A DNA stretch of 64,000 bases from Paraspadella gotoi. Lineage: Eukaryota; Animalia; Chaetognatha. The stretch is taken from assembly GCA_051294375.1 (NCBI GenBank), contig CM119264.1, positions 12,712,263 through 12,776,262 of the forward strand, in the 5' to 3' direction. A program made the translations under genes and the position numbers. Below are positions 43,690 to 64,000 of this stretch, one piece after another; within the stretch, counting starts at the first letter, position 1; every line of letters begins with the position of its first letter. The notes below the pieces were generated by a model that saw nothing but the letters and a program-made list of their open reading frames with translations, was not told the DNA's origin and ran no database searches.

Positions 43690-44492
43690 AAAGATGGGGT
43701 GAAGAAATTCGTATCGACAACGATCTTTCTCTTTTTTGGGGTTCAAGCGCGCTTTTTACTTGTATAAAATGAATGTCCTTTACGTGGTACAATACGATTC
43801 AATAGTGACTGTGACAGACGATATGGATAAGGTAGTGTATTCAAAAGTTATATCAATTCAATGTGATTGGGGAAAATATTTCACGGCAAGTAGTGAAAAA
43901 GATGTCACCCGCCGTAGTCGTAGAATTAGTAATTCCAATACGCTAGTCCGGTTTATTTGGAAATGGGATGCTGTGGACGCTATTATTTCATTTTATCTCT
44001 TTCTATCTACACTTTATTTGTTCGTAACTCTTTCATTAAATAAGGTGAACCAGAATTGCACTCGAAACTGCAAATGTTTGAATTTTCCCTCGCTAAGAAA
44101 AAAAAAAATCATGGGTCCGCCTTGTATTATCTCAATCCCGATCTTTAAAGGCGAATCTTCGCTATATATATTACGAAAGAGGGACAAGGTGACATTCGGC
44201 CATTTAAACCTATGTTCGTCTCTTAACCAGTTTGTACATATTTTGCACCTCTAAGCACTCTTCTGTGATATAATCAAATATATTTTCGTTGGATTTTTAA
44301 TTGCACTTTTTAATACGAAAGTAAATCTTCACAGGTACATAACTATTAGAAGTTTAACCATTTATTAAAAAAAGCTTTCGGAATATTCATAAAAGATTAA
44401 AAGAGTACATTATTTCAATGGACGATTCCAAGCAAGTTGCTAGGATTTTTTTATATTGCCATCCTGCAAGTCTAACAAAACGTTTTTTTCTC

Positions 44493-51621
<7,129 letters not shown>

Positions 51622-53132
51622 ATTTCCTATTTCAAGTATAAATGTGTTTTTTTATTTGAACGAAAAAATATTTAATAAATTTTTACCAAAAATTAAAATT
51701 TGTGAAAAAAGGAAATCGTCTTGATATTTAATAGTATACCTTAATAAAAAAATCAAAGCTCGCTCTTGCCGGCGAGCAACCGCAATATCTATATCAAACA
51801 ATAATAATAATCACAATTAATCATTACGAAACACGAACAGTTACATTTAATCGCAGAATAAATACCGAAGAAATACGGAAGACGACGAAGACGTATAAAC
51901 GTTTATTAGTTCAAAGAGTCTTGTTCAAAGCCAACATTTGGGAGACAAAAAGAACATCCGAGTTATGGTCGTCTGGACTTTACAATATTTAAGTATATGA
52001 AACTTTTTACCCATCGTGCATGTATTTTAATAATAAAAAAAAGAGTTAAAAGCAAAGTGAAACTGCTCACCATTGAAAGCATTGACCAACAATTTTTACG
52101 TTTCTTGAAAAAAACCTCCCAATTTTCAGATCAAAAACATTCGTCTGCTTTTTGAGCCTTTCAGTTTAACTTTTTTTTTTCGAAACTGAAAAAAATGACC
52201 TTTCATCTCAAAACACGTTTAAATTTGCACTCTGCGTCAGCGGCTTAAGGGGGCGTAATGAGATAAAGAGAGAACGATCAGTAGACAAACATCGCTATCA
52301 AAAAACTGGAGTCAAAAGCTTAAACATGAAAATAAGTTTTAGTTCATATCTTCTTAATGTTCTACAGTTTACTTTTAAGTATTTCATCCATATTTTCATA
52401 ATGTTCTACAGTTTACTTTTAAGTATTTCATCCATGAAACAAAACAACACTTCTCAAACCAATGGCCAGCCTGTCCTTCCAGACCAGATTAGTGTTTTCG
52501 TCTTCTCCACTTATAATTGTAATTGTTGTCTTTTAGCGTATCTTTACTGTTCGACGTCCGTAACCAACCCTGGTGCTTTGTTAATCCATTTAATTTTGAT
52601 TTCCCTCTAGCTCGAGTCTCTTTTGCGCAATAATATATATCATTTTTTGTTCAGGAAATGCAATATTTTATAATAAATAATAATTGTTTTAAATTTATTT
52701 TAGTTGCCATTTTTATGTTTGAACGAGTTTTATAAAAAAACAAATTTTGAACATGTTTAGCTTCAATGTAAGCTTTCATCAGTGCAAAAACGAATTGATT
52801 AGGAAAACAATATTTTCACTGCTCTTTCTCTCTCTCTTCAAACTTCAAAGTCTGTAAAAATATTTTTTTCATAAATCAATTCGTTTTTGCGCTGATAAAG
52901 GTTTACATTAAAGCGAAAAATGTTCAAAATTTGTTTCTGAAAAATTTGTTGTAGAGGAAAGGAAAGGAAAAATTATATTTTTTGTTATTTTTTTAAAGGT
53001 TAGTATTTGGGTAAGGTTGGTTAGGGATTAGGGGTGGTTAGTTAGGGGTGTTAGAATTTGAAATAAAAAGTTTTTCTACCCTTACCAATGTCGAAATGTA
53101 AAAGTAAGCCTCTTTTATAATATATATATATA

Positions 53133-53505
53133 TATTTATTAAATGAATGGATAATTTTATATTGGTTGCACCAATTTCATAAAATTCAGCTCCTTGTATT
53201 TTGATGCTAGTGCGGAGTACAATAAGTATTCCCCGATCTAATACTTAAGGGAGTGGTCTTTTCATACAATTGAAACATTGTTTGAAATATTTTCCACTTC
53301 ATTGATAGGGAAGCCAGGTACTCTGGAGTGAATAAACGAGACTGTGAGAGAGTCTTGATTGAAAGCTTGCAGGGACCTGCTATGTCATTATCTTGTAAGA
53401 GTGATGGAGGCCTTAAACTACCAAAGCCTGTCCAAAGTCAGGGGCAAAATAGCTTATTTATTAAATGAATGGATAATTTTTATATTGATTGTACCATTTT
53501 CATAT
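53133..53505. repeat. Element of about 370 bp bounded by ~49-bp direct repeats
   Basis: TATTTATTAAATGAATGGATAATTTT(T)ATATTG(G/A)TTG(C/T)ACCA.TTTCATA at 53133-53181 and 53455-53504. Confidence 0.7.
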
Positions 53506-53947
53506 AGACAAAAAAAACAAAAAAAAACCAAACACAAACATGACTTAGGTGGGCATAGCTTTAATTGACTGACCTTATGAACGAGAGGAACTTTAAACGA
53601 ACGCACAAAGTGGAATCACTCCTTCACTCTCCTCCCTCCTCCCGAGATTTTTTCAGGCACCTGATTAGTTTCTACCGGAGTCGGCCAAGCGAGGCCCAAA
53701 AACAACGCAAATTAGATAACAACGATGCGGTTGTCTTTCCTCTTCCTTTCGTCGTGGTCCTTATCTTCTGCTAAAATATTTTATCTAATTATTCCAATTT
53801 TTCCGTCACACGAGGTCAGTCTCAGCTGGGGGTCGTCTAGAGACCAACGAAATATTTTGTTTGATAATAGTTATCTTTATTGCTGATTTTTAAACATAAA
53901 AAGATACAAACAAAGTTCAATATATCTCCATCTATACATTCATATCT

Positions 53948-53949
<2 letters not shown>

Positions 53950-54016
<67 letters not shown>

Positions 54017-54035
54017 AAACTATCTATCTATTTAT
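53950..54035 (+). repeat. (ATCT)n microsatellite
   Basis: Visible run; mirrored as (AGAT)n near 55775-55865. Confidence 0.95.
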
Positions 54036-54435
54036 CTAACTTTCAACCAATCAAGCTACTAACTTAAAGGAAAAAACGCTCATGAACAACCTATATTTAA
54101 TAAAACAACCACAAAACGTTCTTGTTTCTTTCCATAAAATCTCAGTGGAATCCAACAACAGGGAATTATGGCAAAACAGCAAAAACTATAAAGTCTTTCT
54201 CCAAAAAAATGTGTACATCCAACCACGATAATGATAAATTATTTCTTTTTGTTGTATTTGAACAATTCTAGAATCTCGTCTCGCAAAACCCGCATAAGGT
54301 TCATTCTCCAATTGATCTGTTTTGAAGAAATAAACCCAGATTAAGCGTTGAAAAAAATTACCGGCAGAAAGATATTCCTAATTATAAATGGGACTTATGT
54401 CCGACGTTACGATTGACGGTACACATAGACGCTAA

Positions 54436-55266
54436 NNNNNNNNNNCGTCCGTAACCAACCTTACGTACCACCGGTCGGTGCTTTGTTAATCCATTTAATT
54501 TTGATTTCCCTCTAGCGTCGAGTCTCGTTTTGCGCAATAATATATATCATTTTTTGTTCAGGAATGCAAATTTTATAATTTTATAATAAATAATAATTGT
54601 TTTAAANNNNNNNNNNNNNNNNNNNNNNNNNNNNNNNNNNNNNNNNNNNNNNNNNNNNNNNNNNNNNNNNNNNNNNNNNNNNNNNNNNNNNNNNNNNNNN
54701 NNNNNNNNNNNNNNNNNNNNNNNNNNNNNNNNNNNNNNNNNNNNNNNNNNNNNNNNNNNNNNNNNNNNNNNNNNNNNNNNNNNNNNNNNNNNNNNNNNNN
54801 NNNNNNNNNNNNNNNNNNNNNNNNNNNNNNNNNNNNNNNNNNNNNNNNNNNNNNNNNNNNNNNNNNNNNNNNNNNNNNNNNNNNNNNNNNNNNNNNNNNN
54901 NNNNNNNNNNNNNNNNNNNNNNNNNNNNNNNNNNNNNTGCAAAAACGAATTGATTAGGAAAACAAATATTTTCACTGGCTCTTTCTCTCTCTCTCTTCAA
55001 ACTTCAAAGTCTGTAAAAATATTTTTTTCATAAATCAATTCGTTTTTGCGCTGATAAAGGTTTACATTGAACCCGAAAAATGTTCAAAATTTGTTTCTGA
55101 ATAAAATTTGTTGTACGAGGAAAGGAAAGGAAAAATTATATTTTTTTGTTATTTTTTTAAACGGTTAGTATTTGGGCTAAGGTTGTTTAGGGATTAGGGG
55201 TGGTTAGGGTTTGGGGTGGTTAGGAATTTGAAATAAAAAGTNNNNNNNNNNNNNNNNNNNNNNNNN
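54436..55266. other. Assembly gap zone: three N runs enclosing a third partial copy of about 52555-53071
   Basis: N runs near 54436-54445, 54606-54937 and 55242-55266. The sequence between them repeats 52555-52693 and about 52783-53071 in direct orientation with small indels. Confidence 0.9.
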
Positions 55267-55374
55267 AAGTTTGTAATTTCAAATAAAAATATACTTTTCT
55301 TGGGTTAAAATTGGAGGAAAAAAAACACGAACTTCTCCAAGATTCTGGACGGTCGAAAACACTCACCGGTCCCC

Positions 55375-64000
<8,626 letters not shown>

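Noticed and set aside
52998-53055. Telomere-like TTAGGG/GGTTAG patch
   Set aside because: Short and degenerate, not a tandem array, and no evidence of a chromosome end.
53133-53505. Retrozyme (hammerhead-containing repeat)
   Set aside because: No CUGANGA core found on either strand.
52430-54435. Possible plus-strand gene divergent from PGM2 (exon-like block near 54341-54435, with a donor visible only in the mirrored copy near 55366)
   Set aside because: No recognisable protein motif, the two arms disagree by indels, and the region is cut by gaps, so it cannot be supported.
54547-55000. ORFs of 142 aa and 132 aa
   Set aside because: They span N runs.

Overview
Eukaryotic (bilaterian invertebrate) genomic window with AT-rich, often very short introns and GC-richer exons, so the ORF track shows only exon fragments. 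By reading splice sites I reconstruct, in order: a tRNA-headed SINE and a frameshifted, 5'-truncated LINE upstream of (probably in an intron of) a ZIP11 zinc transporter (+); the N-terminal five exons of CPSF1 (-); Orai (-); muskelin (-); FAM161-like (+, with an RFX X-box); a micro-exon-rich troponin T-like gene (-); a C2H2 zinc-finger gene, possibly PRDM-like (-); a prosaposin with 2 SapA and about 11 SapB domains (+); and PGM2 (-). The last 8.6 kb is an indel-rich inverted copy of 45,795-54,435 across N gaps and is most likely an assembly or amplification fold-back artefact. Main leads: (1) the troponin T gene ends in two tandem paralogous multi-exon 3' cassettes with identical exon sizes; (2) each cassette's 3' UTR holds a rod-like hairpin of about 250 nt whose arms differ in sequence but whose apex shares an identical 19-nt motif, which points to an undescribed structured RNA element; (3) the SINE body fits a circularly permuted twister-ribozyme fold directly behind its tRNA head. 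All protein identities come from recognising motifs by eye; no database search was run.
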